This document shows, piece after piece, positions 1-10,730 of a stretch of DNA of 64,000 nucleotides. The first letter of the stretch is position 1. Every line of letters begins with the position of its first letter. The stretch lies in NCBI GenBank assembly GCA_963834645.1, contig CAWICP010000011.1:35332-99331 (forward strand). The letters are read 5' to 3'. The notes beneath the pieces are model-generated. The model saw only the letters and a program-made list of their open reading frames with translations. It was not told the DNA's origin and ran no database searches. The position numbers were made by a program, and so were the translations under genes. The DNA comes from an uncultured Acidobacteriota bacterium (GTDB lineage Bacteria > Acidobacteriota > Vicinamibacteria > Vicinamibacterales > JAKQTR01).

Positions 1-782
1 CGACGAGTCGGCGTTCGCACAGGCCAGGACCGTCGCCGACCTGCGCGCGCTGGTGGATGGGAGCGCGGCGGCAGCCGTCGCGGGGCGGGCAGGCAGGCTG
101 GAGGTGCCCCGATGGAGCCTCTCCTGGCCGGCCCGGGCCGTCCGGCGCGTCCTGCAGTCCGCGCTCGTGCTTCCCCTCACGCGCCATTTCGCCCGCATCA
201 CGGCGCACGGAACCGAGCACCTGCGCGATCTGACGGGTCCGGTCGTGCTGGCCTCCAACCATCAGAGCCACATGGACACGCCGGTGATCCTCGCGGCGCT
301 GCCGCCGGAACTTCGGCGCCGCGTGGCTCCCGCGATGGCCAAGGAGTTCTTTCAGGGCCCATTTCCATCCGGCGGAATACTCGCGGCGAGAGCGCTCAAA
401 GGCCTCGACGCTGTATTTTCTGGCGGCTCTGGTGTTCAACGCCTTCCCGCTCCCCCAGCGGGAAGCGGGCGCCAGAGACACGCTCCGCTACATCGGCCAC
501 CTGACCTCTGCCGGCTTTTCGATCCTGATCTTCCCGGAGGGCGCACGAGGCGACAGCGGCTCGCTCAGACCATTCAGGCCCGGTGTTGCGCTGATTGGCA
601 GCCGGCTGGGTCTCCCCGTGATACCCGTCAGGCTCGACGGAGTGGACCGGGTTCTCCATCCTTCCTGGCGGATGGCCCGCAGGGGGCCGGTCGACGTGCG
701 CTTCGGGGCGCCAATAGTCTTCCACGGAGAAGACTACTCGGCCATGGCATCCGAGTTGGAGGACGCCGTCCGCCGGCTCTAA
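1..782 (+). CDS. C-terminal lysophospholipid (1-acyl-sn-glycerol-3-phosphate) acyltransferase domain of a larger protein, probably an acyl-CoA ligase/ACP/acyltransferase fusion; 5'-truncated by window, frameshift near 355
   Basis: Acyltransferase motifs ASNHQSHMD (frame of ORF 53) and ILIFPEG..R, PVIPV (ORF 432..782). Confidence 0.8.
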
Positions 783-793
783 GGGGCAGAAGG

Positions 794-822
794 TTGCGGC
801 ATCCTCCCCTATGTGGCACAAT
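794..822 (+). promoter_or_regulatory. sigma-70 promoter with extended -10, probably leaderless
   Basis: TTGCGG (794-799), 17 bp spacer, TGG-CACAAT (-10 at 817-822); ATG at 830 lies at the predicted start site and has no SD. Confidence 0.5.
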
Positions 823-829
823 CTTTGAT

Positions 830-1135
830 ATGAATGGCCACGATATTGAATCCGGCGAGGGTACCGCAGCCGCGGTAACGCCGGAGGTTCCGGCTGCGCA
901 GCCGGAACCGGCCCAGGAACTGCCTCCCGCCGTGCAGCGGTTTCAATCTTGCAGGTGGCGGAAAGCCTCGGAAAACGGCGTGCCCGAGCATTGCGCCCAC
1001 CGGGACGTGCAACCGATGGCCGGCACCGCCGGCTTCACTGCCGAATCCTGGTGCGTCGACTGCGCCCACTACAAGGTTCGCCGGAACCCCCGCAAGCGCC
1101 CCCTACCCTCGCCAGACGACCGCTACTACTACTGA
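830..1135 (+). CDS. small hypothetical protein (101 aa) with four Cys, possible metal-binding
   Basis: ATG 830 in frame with ORF 53..1135; SCRWR..HCAH..WCVDCAHY; basic C-terminus. Confidence 0.6.
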   Translation: MNGHDIESGEGTAAAVTPEVPAAQPEPAQELPPAVQRFQSCRWRKASENGVPEHCAHRDVQPMAGTAGFTAESWCVDCAHYKVRRNPRKRPLPSPDDRYYY

Positions 1136-1155
1136 GGGGCCAGGCCCCGTCTGTC

Positions 1156-2016
1156 TCAGTCGCTGAATTCCCGAGCCAGTTCGGCCCACTCCCCGTCCGG
1201 GGCCATGGTGTGGTACGCCCGCCAGTGGGGCTTGGCCTCGTCCGAGCGTCCGTCCTTCTCGAGCGCCACCGCCAGATAGAGGTGGGCGTCGGAATACCTC
1301 GGATTGACCGCGAGGGCGTGGAGGTAGTACTCCTCGGCCGCGCGGTAGCGGCCGATGTCGTGGTGGATGTTGCCGAGATTGAAGTACCCCTCGAACACAT
1401 CGGGCTCGAGGACAATCGCGCGCTCGTACAGGGCCATCGCCTCGACCAGGTGATCCTGGGTGTAGTGGATGTTGGCGAGATTGATGAGCGCCGGCACGAG
1501 TGTCGGGTCGATCTCCAGGGCGCGCCTGTAGGCCGCCGCCGCTTCGTCCCGCTTCTCAACAGCGCCGTCATCGAGCGACGACCCGAGGGCGAAGTACCGC
1601 TCGGCCATGGCCCCGTCGGCCGGGACCCTCTCGACGACGGGGCGCGCGGGGGGGCCGGGCTTCAGGCGGTCGGGGGTCGATGCCGCAGGCCGGCCAAGCG
1701 ACAGCACCTTGGCGGGCTGCCGGTCCACCTGGAAGTCGAGGGCAAGCTGGCCCGATCGCGACGCAACGAAGGAGCGCAGAATCGACCGGAACGGCGCGCC
1801 CCGCTGCAGTTCGGCATTGACCTGGCGTATCACGGCCACGTCGGCGAAACGGATGACGCGCTCGCCGCCGACGACGTCCGGCGGCTCGAGGAGGCTGCAC
1901 TTCTGCAGCGTCTTCAGGTGTTCCTCGCGGACGAGCGGGTACAGTCCGAGCACCTCCGACAGCCTGTGCGCGGGCTGCCGCGTGCTGCCGGCTCCTGTCG
2001 GGGTTGCGGGCTTCAC
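1156..2016 (-). CDS. tetratricopeptide repeat protein
   Basis: Repeated TPR helices (AYRRALEIDP, ALINLANIHY, YFNLGNIHH, ALAVNPRYSDAHLYLA). Confidence 0.8.
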   Translation of the reverse strand: MKPATPTGAGSTRQPAHRLSEVLGLYPLVREEHLKTLQKCSLLEPPDVVGGERVIRFADVAVIRQVNAELQRGAPFRSILRSFVASRSGQLALDFQVDRQPAKVLSLGRPAASTPDRLKPGPPARPVVERVPADGAMAERYFALGSSLDDGAVEKRDEAAAAYRRALEIDPTLVPALINLANIHYTQDHLVEAMALYERAIVLEPDVFEGYFNLGNIHHDIGRYRAAEEYYLHALAVNPRYSDAHLYLAVALEKDGRSDEAKPHWRAYHTMAPDGEWAELAREFSD

Positions 2017-2035
2017 TGCTCTGCCGCGCCTCGCG

Positions 2036-3115
2036 CTAGTTGACCGACTTCAGCGGGATCACCGGCGTCCTGAAACTCTGAATCGACACCTGGGCCGCCG
2101 TGCGCTCCGCCGCCGTGACAAACGCCGCCGCCACGGGCGAGTCGGGATCGGCCAGCATGATCGGCACTCCCGTGTCGCCGCCGCGGCGCAGCGGCTCGGA
2201 GATGGGAATGCTCCCGAGAAACGCGATGCCCAACTCCTCGGCCAGCCGTTCGCCGCCGCCTCGCCCGAAGATGTCGCTCTCGTGGCGGCACGACGGGCAC
2301 ACGAAGTACGACATGTTCTCGATGAGCCCGAGCACCGGGATGTTCAGCTTCTGGTACATCGCCACGGCGCGCCGGCTGTCGGCCACGGCCACCTGCTGCG
2401 GCGAGGTGACGACGATGGCGCCGGCCACATAGGCGGTCTGGCTCAGGCTGAGCACGACGTCGCCGGTGCCTGGCGGCAGGTCCACGACCAGATAGTCGAG
2501 ATCGTTCCACCGCACGTCGTTGAAGAACTGGCGGATCACGCCGTGCAGCATCGGGCCGCGCCAGATCACCGGCGCGTCGTCCGACGTCAGGAAGCCCATC
2601 GAGACCACCTGCAGGCCGTACTTCTCCGGCGGCACGATCTTCTCGCCGTCGGTGCCGAGCTGGCCCTGGAGGCCGAGCATGATCGGGACGTTGGGCCCGT
2701 AGATGTCGGCATCGATGATGCCCACGCGGCTCCCGGTGCGCGCGAGCGCGATCGCCAGGTTCACGGCCACGGTGGTCTTGCCGACGCCGCCCTTCCCCGC
2801 GCCCACGGCGATGACGTTCTTCACGCCGGGAATCGGGGCCCTGCCCGCGTCGGGCGACACCGCCGCCCTGACCTGGGCCGTCATCGTGATGTCGACGTCG
2901 GTCACGCCGGCCAGCTGCATGACGGCTGCGCGGGCCTGCTCCTTCATCTGCTCCTTGACGGGGCACGCCGGCGTCGTCAATTCGATCGTGAACGCGACGC
3001 GGCCGCCGTCGATGCTGACGTCCTTCACGAATCCGAGCTTGACGATGTCCTTGTGGAGATCGGGATCTTTGACTGCGGTGAGCGCCTGAAGAATCTGCGA
3101 GTGATCGAGTGCCAT
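2036..3115 (-). CDS. apbC: Mrp/NBP35 family Fe-S cluster carrier ATPase (ApbC)
   Basis: N-terminal DUF59 (LTTPACPVK), deviant Walker A GKGGVGKTT, DADIYGPN, WRGPM, DLPPGTGD, ENMSYFVCPSC. Confidence 0.93.
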   Translation of the reverse strand: MALDHSQILQALTAVKDPDLHKDIVKLGFVKDVSIDGGRVAFTIELTTPACPVKEQMKEQARAAVMQLAGVTDVDITMTAQVRAAVSPDAGRAPIPGVKNVIAVGAGKGGVGKTTVAVNLAIALARTGSRVGIIDADIYGPNVPIMLGLQGQLGTDGEKIVPPEKYGLQVVSMGFLTSDDAPVIWRGPMLHGVIRQFFNDVRWNDLDYLVVDLPPGTGDVVLSLSQTAYVAGAIVVTSPQQVAVADSRRAVAMYQKLNIPVLGLIENMSYFVCPSCRHESDIFGRGGGERLAEELGIAFLGSIPISEPLRRGGDTGVPIMLADPDSPVAAAFVTAAERTAAQVSIQSFRTPVIPLKSVN

Positions 3116-3233
3116 ATCCGTTCAGCTTACCCCGAAAACCATGACACGGACTCTCTCGGGATTGGGGATTGCGGGATCGGGATCGGGCTGACACGCTGTG
3201 CCTGTGACACGCGCGCGCGCAGCGACGCGCAGC

Positions 3234-4932
3234 TCAGCGCTCGTCCCAGGGGTAGCCGGGCTGCGTGGTGAGACGGGGATCATCGACGGGGCCGCCGACG
3301 GTGAAGTGATACAGGCTCTGGAGCGCGTGCCCGGTGATGCCGAGCACCTGGTGGACCCCGTCGTCGAAATAGCACCCGATGCCGGTCCCCCGGAGGCCCG
3401 CGGCTTCGGCCTCGAGGTAGAGCGCCTGGCCGATGGCGCCGGCTTCCCAGAACAGCCGGCGGTAGGCGGCCGGCCCGCCCTCTGCCAGTGCCGCGTCGAA
3501 TTCCGCGATCATGCCGAGGCTGAAGCAGCCGTCGGCGGCAATGTCCTGCCCGCAGCTGAGCTGACGCGAGACGGCCCGGCAGTCGGCGTGGTCCAGCAGG
3601 AAGAACGGCAGGTCGTCCGGCATGCCTGGCGGCCGGACCCAGGCGAAGTCCTGGTTGAATGCGTCGCGCAGTTCGCCGATGGCGGCCTCGGTCCTCACCA
3701 GCGCGTAGAGCCCTGGCTGCAGTCCATCCACGCGGTGCACGAACAACGCGAGGTGGATGCGCGGCGTCCACCAGAGCGCGTCGAACGGAGGACCTGCGTC
3801 CGGCATCAGCCTCCGCAGGATCGACGCGAACCGGCCGGCGCCGATCGCGGTGGAGCCGTCCATCGATTGAGCGCTGCGCCGCTGCAGCAGCAACGCGGCG
3901 GCCGGCAGTTACCGCGGCGCGTGGCGGAACGGGCGAATACCGTCGGGCGGCGGCCGGAACAGCCGCTGGCGTGTCGCGTTCGCGGCTGGCTTCGGCAACG
4001 GCGTCGATCACGTCCCATTGCACGCGATCGGCGCTCAGCCTGCTGGCGCGCCCGGTCCACGTGCCGCGCCGGGCGGCGTCGGCCAGCGCCTCGTCAACCA
4101 CGCCGCGCCGGGATCCTCCCGATGTGGCCGCGTCGGGCCTGGCTGGCGCAACGACGAGCAGGCATGCCGGCTCCTCGGCCTCGGCGCCCTCGAAGTCCGC
4201 CTCCCGATCGACGCCGACGAGCGAGGCGAGGGCGGCAGAGGTCCACCCGGGGACGACCACGCAGTCCCAGCCCATCAGGGCCGCCGCCATCCGCATGGCC
4301 GCCACGGCATGCCCGACATCGTGCTGACAGTACCGGAACGCGCGCTCGCCGTACTTCCAGGCTTCGCGCCAGTGAATCGACGTCAGCGCGGCGAAGAAGC
4401 TGCCCTCGGGCAGCCCGTCCACCGCCGCCCGCCAGGCTGCCGCGTCGAACACGCATCGTTCTTCGAGCGCGTGGGCATCCGGCGCGTAGTGATACACGCC
4501 AGGCCCCGCGCCGGCCACGCCGGGCCCGACACAGACGTAACCCTCGGTGGGATGGAGATTGCCGCTCGACGGGTTGACGCGCAGCGCCCATCGCGACGGG
4601 CCCGCCTGCTTCCAGGCCGAGAGGCCGAGGCTGTAGCGGAGGAACACGGCGACACTCGGCAGCCCGGGGGCGACGACCGGCCGCGAATGAACCGGGGCGA
4701 ACAGTTCGTCGTAGGACACGTCCCGCCACGAGGCGCCGCCCTCCGGAGCGGACGCACACGCCGCACGCAGCGGCTCCTCGAGGCCGACTCGCCGGCAGTG
4801 GTCGAACGACCGGAAGGGTTCGGGCTGCGTCGCCCAGTCGAGATAGCCGAGGGAGCGGGCGTATCGGCTGACGTGATGCTTGGTCTGGTCGTGGTACTCG
4901 CGGACGATCGCCAGCGGGCCGCGGGCGGGCAC
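3234..4932 (-). CDS. SagB/ThcOx family nitroreductase-like dehydrogenase, two-domain (frameshift near 3895)
   Basis: YHDQTKH..LDWATQPEPFR, LRVNPSSGNLHPTE, WREAWKYGERAFRYC, second half QRRSA..YRRLFWEAG..GTGIGCYFDD. Confidence 0.88.
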
Positions 4933-4941
4933 GGCGGCGGC

Positions 4942-5208
4942 TCAGGCGGTCTGCTCGAGGTCCGCGAGGCGGCGCTCGACTTCGGCGAGCGCCATGGTGA
5001 GCTGCTGCCGCCTGGCCTCGTGCGAAATCGACGCGAGCTGGCGGCCGATGTCGGCCTTGGCCAGGCGCAGCGACTCGATGGCGCCGGCCCGGACAGGGTC
5101 CACGCGCCGCGCGCCGTTCTTCGCCTGGCGCCGCTCGTCTTCCAGTTCGTCCATCCGCTCGGCCAGCCGTGTGCTGGCGTCGACCAGTCCTTCGCCGCTA
5201 TCTGACAT
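4942..5208 (-). CDS. small coiled-coil hypothetical protein
   Basis: 88-aa helical ORF in series with the nitroreductase; typical codon usage. Confidence 0.6.
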   Translation of the reverse strand: MSDSGEGLVDASTRLAERMDELEDERRQAKNGARRVDPVRAGAIESLRLAKADIGRQLASISHEARRQQLTMALAEVERRLADLEQTA

Positions 5209-5336
5209 ACATCCGCCCCGGCATCATAATCACCCCCTAAGAGTATATCGGCATAAGACTTGAATACCACACCCCACCAAGGGGCCGCCATGACCGGCCC
5301 CTGCGATATAGTGTTGGCACCCGCGCCCCACCGACC

Positions 5337-7214
5337 ATGGAAAAGAAACGCCAGGCGTCTCGTCGCATCGCCGTTGCCAGCCTTGCCCTCACCGCCGGTC
5401 TTCTCGTTGTCGGCTGGTACGACTATACGAGCACGCGCAACGAGCTGCTGACGCTCCTGGTCGACCAGGCGGCGTCGATGCGCCAGGCGGTCGCCGCGGC
5501 GGCAAGCCTTGGCGAGGCGGCCAGCGCGCAGACCCAGTCCGCGATGGCGGCCCGTCTGCTCGACAACGCCAGGCTGCTCCGCATGCTCGACGCCAGGGGC
5601 GGATTGACCCAGGCACAACTCGACGAGGTGGCGCGCGTGAACCGGCTGTTCCGCGTCACGGTGCTCTCCGCGACGGGCGAACGGGAACTCAGCAGCGGAA
5701 CGGGTGGTCCCCCGCCGGGAGCGGGCCGCGGCTTCGGGGCCGGCGCGGGGGGCGGGCCAGGCGGCGGTGGCGGGTTCGGGCCGGGAGCCGGCGCCGGAGG
5801 CGGATTCGGCCGCGGGCCTGGTGCCGGGCGGGGCGGCCGCGGGGCCGTCGCCGGGCAGGGTCCGGGCCGGGAAGCCCGGAGACGATGAGCGCGCTGGCCG
5901 AACGGCTGCTCGGCGGCGATGAGCAGGAAGCCGTCAGCGAGGTGCACGGCTCGCGGTGGGACCGCGGCTGGCGTCTGTCGGCCGGCGTCCGCCGCGTGAA
6001 AGGCGGCGCGATCCTGCTGAACGTGGACGCGGGCGAGATCGCGGAGATCTCCCGCCGCGCGTCGCTCGATCACCTGCTCGAGGACATCGCGGCGCGGGCG
6101 CCGGAGATTGCCTTCGTCGTCCTCGAGAGACGGGACGAACCGGATCGCGTACGGCCCGCTCGCCGACGCCGCCACGCTGGCGCCCACGCCTTCCGGCGCC
6201 GCGTTTCGTTCGGTGCCGATCCCGCAGGCGCTCGAGGGCCTCGCCGTCGGCGAGATCGAGGTGGGATCGACCCCCGTGCTGGAGTTCACCGGGCCGGTGG
6301 ACACCGCGCGGGCCGACAGTCCCACGCTCCGGCTCGGCCTGAATCTCGACGGCCTGCGCCGCGCCGAGCGGCGGACGCTGACCCGCCTCACCCTGTCGCT
6401 CGCCGCGGCGCTGGCGCTTGGCATCGTGATGATCGCGTTTGTCGTGCTGCGGCAGCAGTTCGGGGTCCTGTCCGAAAAGCACGCGCGCGCCGAAGAAGCC
6501 CTGCGCCGGCGGGACCGGCTCGCGGCGATGGGCGAACTGGCGTCGACCGTGGCCCACGAGGTGCGCAACCCGCTGAACGCCATCGGCATGACGGCGCAGC
6601 GCCTGCGGCGGGAATTCCTGAACGGCGACCGGAGTGCGGCCGCGCCCGACGCCTCGGAGCTGAAAGAACTGCTCGACGTGCTCGGCGGCGAGACCAAACG
6701 CATCGACCGCATCGTGCAGCAGTTCCTCGACTACGCGAGGCCGCCGCGCCTCTCGCTGCGCCAGGCCAGCCTGCGCGACATGCTCGAGGCCGCAGCCGAG
6801 GCGCTGCGCGCGAAGGCGGCCACGCGGCAGATCACCATCCACAGCGATCTCGCCGGCGCCGGCGAGGCCGTGTTCGATCCCGACCAGCTCAAGCAGGCCG
6901 TCGACAACCTGCTGCGCAACGCCATCGACGCCACTCCCGACGGGGGCCGCGTGCGCCTCCAGGCGCGCCGCGACGCGTCGGACCATGTCATCGAGGTCAT
7001 CGACGAGGGCCCCGGCATTCCCGCCGACATCGTGCCGAAGATCTTCGATTTGTACTTCACGACGAAGGCCGACGGGACCGGCGTCGGACTCGCCGTCACG
7101 CACCAGATCGTCGAGGCCCACCGGGGCCGCATCGACGTGGAATCCTCTCCGGGCGCGGGCACGCGCATGGCGCTCCGCATCCCGGCCGAGCAGGGAGCAT
7201 CCGACCGTGGCTGA
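5337..7214 (+). CDS. membrane sensor histidine kinase (ZraS/NtrB-like) with Gly-rich periplasmic insert; frameshifts near 5885 and 6125
   Basis: N-terminal TM, second TM, H-box AHEVRNPLNAI, N-box NLLRNA, G boxes DEGPGI and TKADGTGVGL. Confidence 0.88.
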
Positions 7215-8649
7215 GCGTGTCGTGCTGGTGGTCGACGATGAGGCGGCGCAGCGGACCGTCCTGGCCGGGTTCCTGCGCAAGCGGCAGCTCGAGGCGGTCA
7301 CCGCCGGCAGCGTCGACGAGGCGGTCCAGATCGTGTCGGGCCGCGTGATCGATCTCGTGCTGACCGATCTCAACATGCCCGGCAAAGACGGGCTGACGCT
7401 CATCGACAGCCTGCGGGCCGTCAATCCCGAGCTGCCGGTGATCGTGATGACGGCGTTCGGCACCGTCGCGAGCGCCGTGGACGCCATGAAGCGCGGCGCG
7501 GCCGACTACCTGACAAAGCCCATCGACCTCGACGAACTCGACGTCCTCGTCACCCGCACGCTCGAGCGCCGGGCGCTGGCCTCGGAGAACGTGCTGCTCA
7601 AAGAGCAGCTCGCGTCGCGGTACCGCCTGGCCGGGCTCGAGACGGCGAACGCGAAGATGTCGGAGGCGATCAACACCGCCGCGCGCGCGGCGGCGAGCCG
7701 CGCCACGATTCTCGTCAGGGGCGAGAGCGGCACCGGCAAGGAGCTGATGGCCCGGGCCATTCATTACGCCAGCCCGCGGGCGAAGAACGCGCTGGTCGCG
7801 GTCAACATCGGCGCGCTGCCGGACACGCTGATCGAATCGGAGCTGTTCGGCCACGAGCGCGGCGCGTTCACCGGCGCCGACCGCGAACGCCGGGGCCGGT
7901 TCGAGCTGGCCGACGGCGGGACGCTCTTTCTCGACGAGATCGGCGACCTCCCGAAGTCCACGCAGGTGAAGCTGTTGCGCGTGCTGCAGGAACAGGCGTT
8001 CGAGCGGCTGGGCGGTTCGCGCACGATCAAGCTCGACGTGCGGATGATTGCCGCCACCAACCGCGACCTGCCGGCGATGGTCCGATCCGGCGAGTTCCGC
8101 GAGGACCTCTTCTACCGCCTCAACGTCGTGTGCATCGAGCTGCCCCCCCTGCGCGAGCGCCGCGAAGACATCCCGCTGCTTGTCGACGTGTTCCTCCGGA
8201 GGTTCGCCAGCGAGGCGCCGGTGACCGTGGAGGGCGTGTCGCGCGAGGCGATGGACCTGCTGCTGAAGTACGACTACCCGGGCAATGTGCGGGAGCTGGA
8301 GAACCTGATGCACCGCGCGATGGTGCTGGCGCGCGGCCAACTCCTCTCGACGGCGGACTTCCCCATTCACCTGGGCCATCTCAAGGGCGAAGGCCGCGAC
8401 GCCCCTGCCTCGTTCGTCGATCGCGTCTCCGAATTCGAGCGATCCCTCATCGTCGATGCCCTGGCCCGCGAGGGCGGCGTCCAGACCCGCGCCGCCGCCC
8501 TGCTCGGCATGAGCGAGCGGCATCTGCGGTACAAGCTGAAGAAGCACGGAATCCCGAACCAGTCAGTAGCCAGAAGCCAGAAGCCAGAAGGCCAGCTGGA
8601 CGACCGTGCAGGAGCCAGTACAGCTGGCCACTGTCTACCTGCATACTGA
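7207..8649 (+). CDS. sigma-54-dependent response regulator (NtrC/ZraR family)
   Basis: Receiver VVDDE..TDLNMP, Walker A GESGTGKE, GAFTGA, FLDEIGD, YPGNVRELEN, Fis HTH; GTG overlaps kinase stop. Confidence 0.95.
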   Translation: MAERVVLVVDDEAAQRTVLAGFLRKRQLEAVTAGSVDEAVQIVSGRVIDLVLTDLNMPGKDGLTLIDSLRAVNPELPVIVMTAFGTVASAVDAMKRGAADYLTKPIDLDELDVLVTRTLERRALASENVLLKEQLASRYRLAGLETANAKMSEAINTAARAAASRATILVRGESGTGKELMARAIHYASPRAKNALVAVNIGALPDTLIESELFGHERGAFTGADRERRGRFELADGGTLFLDEIGDLPKSTQVKLLRVLQEQAFERLGGSRTIKLDVRMIAATNRDLPAMVRSGEFREDLFYRLNVVCIELPPLRERREDIPLLVDVFLRRFASEAPVTVEGVSREAMDLLLKYDYPGNVRELENLMHRAMVLARGQLLSTADFPIHLGHLKGEGRDAPASFVDRVSEFERSLIVDALAREGGVQTRAAALLGMSERHLRYKLKKHGIPNQSVARSQKPEGQLDDRAGASTAGHCLPAY

Positions 8650-8710
8650 CCTACTGGCTACTTACTTCCGACCTCCTGACTCCCGAATCCGGCGAGCCTC
8701 CGAGTCCCGG
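8563..8710. repeat. heptamer-repeat element (CCAGAAG arm and degenerate inverted arm) overlapping the regulator 3' end
   Basis: tcagtagccagaagccagaagccagaag ... ctactggctacttacttccgacctcctgactcccga. Confidence 0.6.
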
Positions 8711-8714
8711 CCTT

Positions 8715-8751
8715 TCGACCATCTGGTCGATCCCCTCGACCGACGGGTCGA
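8715..8751. promoter_or_regulatory. tandem upstream activator sequences for a sigma-54 activator
   Basis: Two palindromes TCGACC-N4-GGTCGA at 8715-8730 and 8736-8751, 21 bp apart, about 100-130 bp upstream of a -24/-12 promoter. Confidence 0.7.
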
Positions 8752-8807
8752 GCGACAGCAGCCCCGCTCGAACCCATCACGCCGAAGCTCTGAGCTATCT
8801 ACCTTCG

Positions 8808-8820
8808 AATCAGTGACTTA
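8808..8820 (+). promoter_or_regulatory. IHF binding site
   Basis: AATCAGTGACTTA versus consensus WATCARNNNNTTR, between UAS and promoter. Confidence 0.6.
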
Positions 8821-8846
8821 CGTCGATTGATCCGAGAGAGACCGAC

Positions 8847-8863
8847 TTGGCATCAGCCTTGAA
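8847..8863 (+). promoter_or_regulatory. sigma-54 (-24/-12) promoter
   Basis: TTGGCATCAGCCTTGAA: GG-N10-GA, one mismatch in the -12 GC of TGGCAC-N5-TTGC. Confidence 0.65.
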
Positions 8864-8935
8864 GTAAGGGATGGCAGCCGGCCATGGTGGCTGGATTCGA
8901 GATAGATGCAACGGCGGTCACAAGGAGACACGGCA

Positions 8936-9257
8936 ATGAAGCGCACACTGATTCTCGCACTCGGCATCCTGGCTGTCTCGGCGTCGGCGGCGTTCGCCCA
9001 GACGCCCACGACCCCGCAGCAGCCCCCCGCTGGCACGGCTGTCGGCGCGAACTTCGTCGATGCCAACGGCGACGGCATCTGCGACCAGTTCCAGGCCGGC
9101 ACGCCGCCAGGGCCAGGGCGGCGGCCAGGCGCAGCGCGGCAAGCGGCTCGGGCCGAAAGACGGCAGCGGCTTCGGCGCCCCGGCCGGGGCCGGCACCGGG
9201 ACCGGCATCTGCGACGGCACGGGTCCGAAGGGCAAGGGCCGCGGGCCGCGCCGGTAG
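8936..9257 (+). CDS. small secreted Gly-rich protein with DxNxDGxCD motif (frameshift near 9110)
   Basis: SD AAGGAG, signal peptide MKRTLILALG..AAFA, FVDANGDGICD, C-terminal GICDGTGPKGKGRGPRR in ORF 9060..9257. Confidence 0.75.
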
Positions 9258-9373
9258 CACGGTACCGGCTTCTCGGGACGGGGGCTTCCCCGGTGCGGGC
9301 GACTACTGGCGTGCCCGTCCGCACCGGGCCCCGGCTCCGGATGCCCCTCGCACGCCGCCCAGGGTCATCAATC

Positions 9374-10604
9374 ATGAAGCGACTGACTTCTCTTCTCGCC
9401 GCGGGCCTGCTGCTTGTCGGAGCCATGAGCGCCGCGGCCCAGACGTCGGTGAACACGTCGGTTGGCGGGAATTTCGCGTCCTTCAGCGAAGGCGCCTCCG
9501 CCTCGACCCGGCGCCAGGACGTGGCGGCCACGGCGGGGCTCGAACACCTCTTCAACGACGAGCGCGGCCGCGTCTACTACGACTTCGACGGCGGCACGTT
9601 CGATTCGCCCGGCGACTGGACGTACTTGCTCAACACCGCGGGATTCACCTACCGGTTCGGCGGTGACGATGCCGCCGCCAGGAAGCTGTATCTGAACGGG
9701 TCGTTCGTCGTCCGCAGGAACGGCGACGCGTGGGCGGCAGCGGACTACTCGGCGCTCGGCGGCGGCCTCAACGGCGAGTTCCACCCGAAGGGCCACGTCA
9801 CGCTCCGCACGGGCTACCGCGCCGACTACCGGTCGTTCAGCGATTACACGGCGCTCACGCAGTTCGAGCAGCGTGGCTTCGCCAGCGTCCTCGCCAACTT
9901 CGAAACGAAGACGACGCTCGTCGCGGAGGTCAACCTGGGCGCGAAATTGTACGACGGCCAGATCCTGCTCGATCCGATCATCGTGACGACGCCCGAGACA
10001 ACGACGGGCGCGACCTACGGCACGACGTACGGCCGAGGTATGGGCATGGGCCCAGGCTCGCGCAGCGGCACCACGTGGTATCTGCCCCAGTCGCAGGACC
10101 AGGAAGGCACGGCCGGCCTGGTGTCGGCGCTCTTCCGCGTGGCGCAGTCGCTGTCCGATCGGACGGGCGTCCACGGCCAGGTGGCGTTCCGCACCACCTT
10201 CGGCGCGGTGCCGCCGGCCCTGGTGACCACGCCGGCCGGGTTCTTCGACGACGGCGTCTATGACGACCCGTTCGCCAGCGACGCGGTCTCGGGCCAGGGC
10301 GGCGTGACGCGCGCGTTCGCGTCAGGGGCGGAGCTCGAGGCGATGGTGAACTACGCCGACCGCCGCTACACGAATACGGCCGCCCTCGACCTCACGGGGA
10401 GCGAACTGCCCGGCTCGCCGCTGCGCCACGATCGCGTCTGGCGCGGGGGCATCGTCTGGAGCCAGCCCGTCTTCGGGTCGCGCACCGGCCGCGCGGAATT
10501 GTCGGTGGACCTGGGCTACCGGTTCCTCAGCGTCGAATTCGAACGACGCGTTCTACGACTACACGTCCCACGGCGTCGCCCTGGGGTTCTCGGTCCATTA
10601 CTGA
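9374..10604 (+). CDS. putative outer-membrane beta-barrel protein (frameshift near 10540)
   Basis: Signal peptide MKRLTSLLAAG..AAAQ, alternating aromatic beta-strands, reconstructed C-terminus DAFYDYTSHGVALGFSVHY-stop (terminal aromatic residue). Confidence 0.7.
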
Positions 10605-10730
10605 CCCCGGACTCCATCGGGGTGCGACGCCGGGCTGACGCAGGCTGAAGCCGGCCTCCATCCCGGCGCAACAGCCACTGAAGAGCGCCGCCGTACGCAG
10701 GTTGTGAAGCCGGTCCAATTGAGGCACGCC

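Noticed and set aside
3234-4932. SagB-type gene as a RiPP/azole biosynthesis cluster
   Set aside because: No YcaO or plausible Cys/Ser/Thr-rich precursor nearby; stand-alone two-domain nitroreductases are common
8906-10648. Single 580-aa ORF for the small protein plus barrel
   Set aside because: It contains two signal peptides; a frameshift near 9110 hides the stop at 9257
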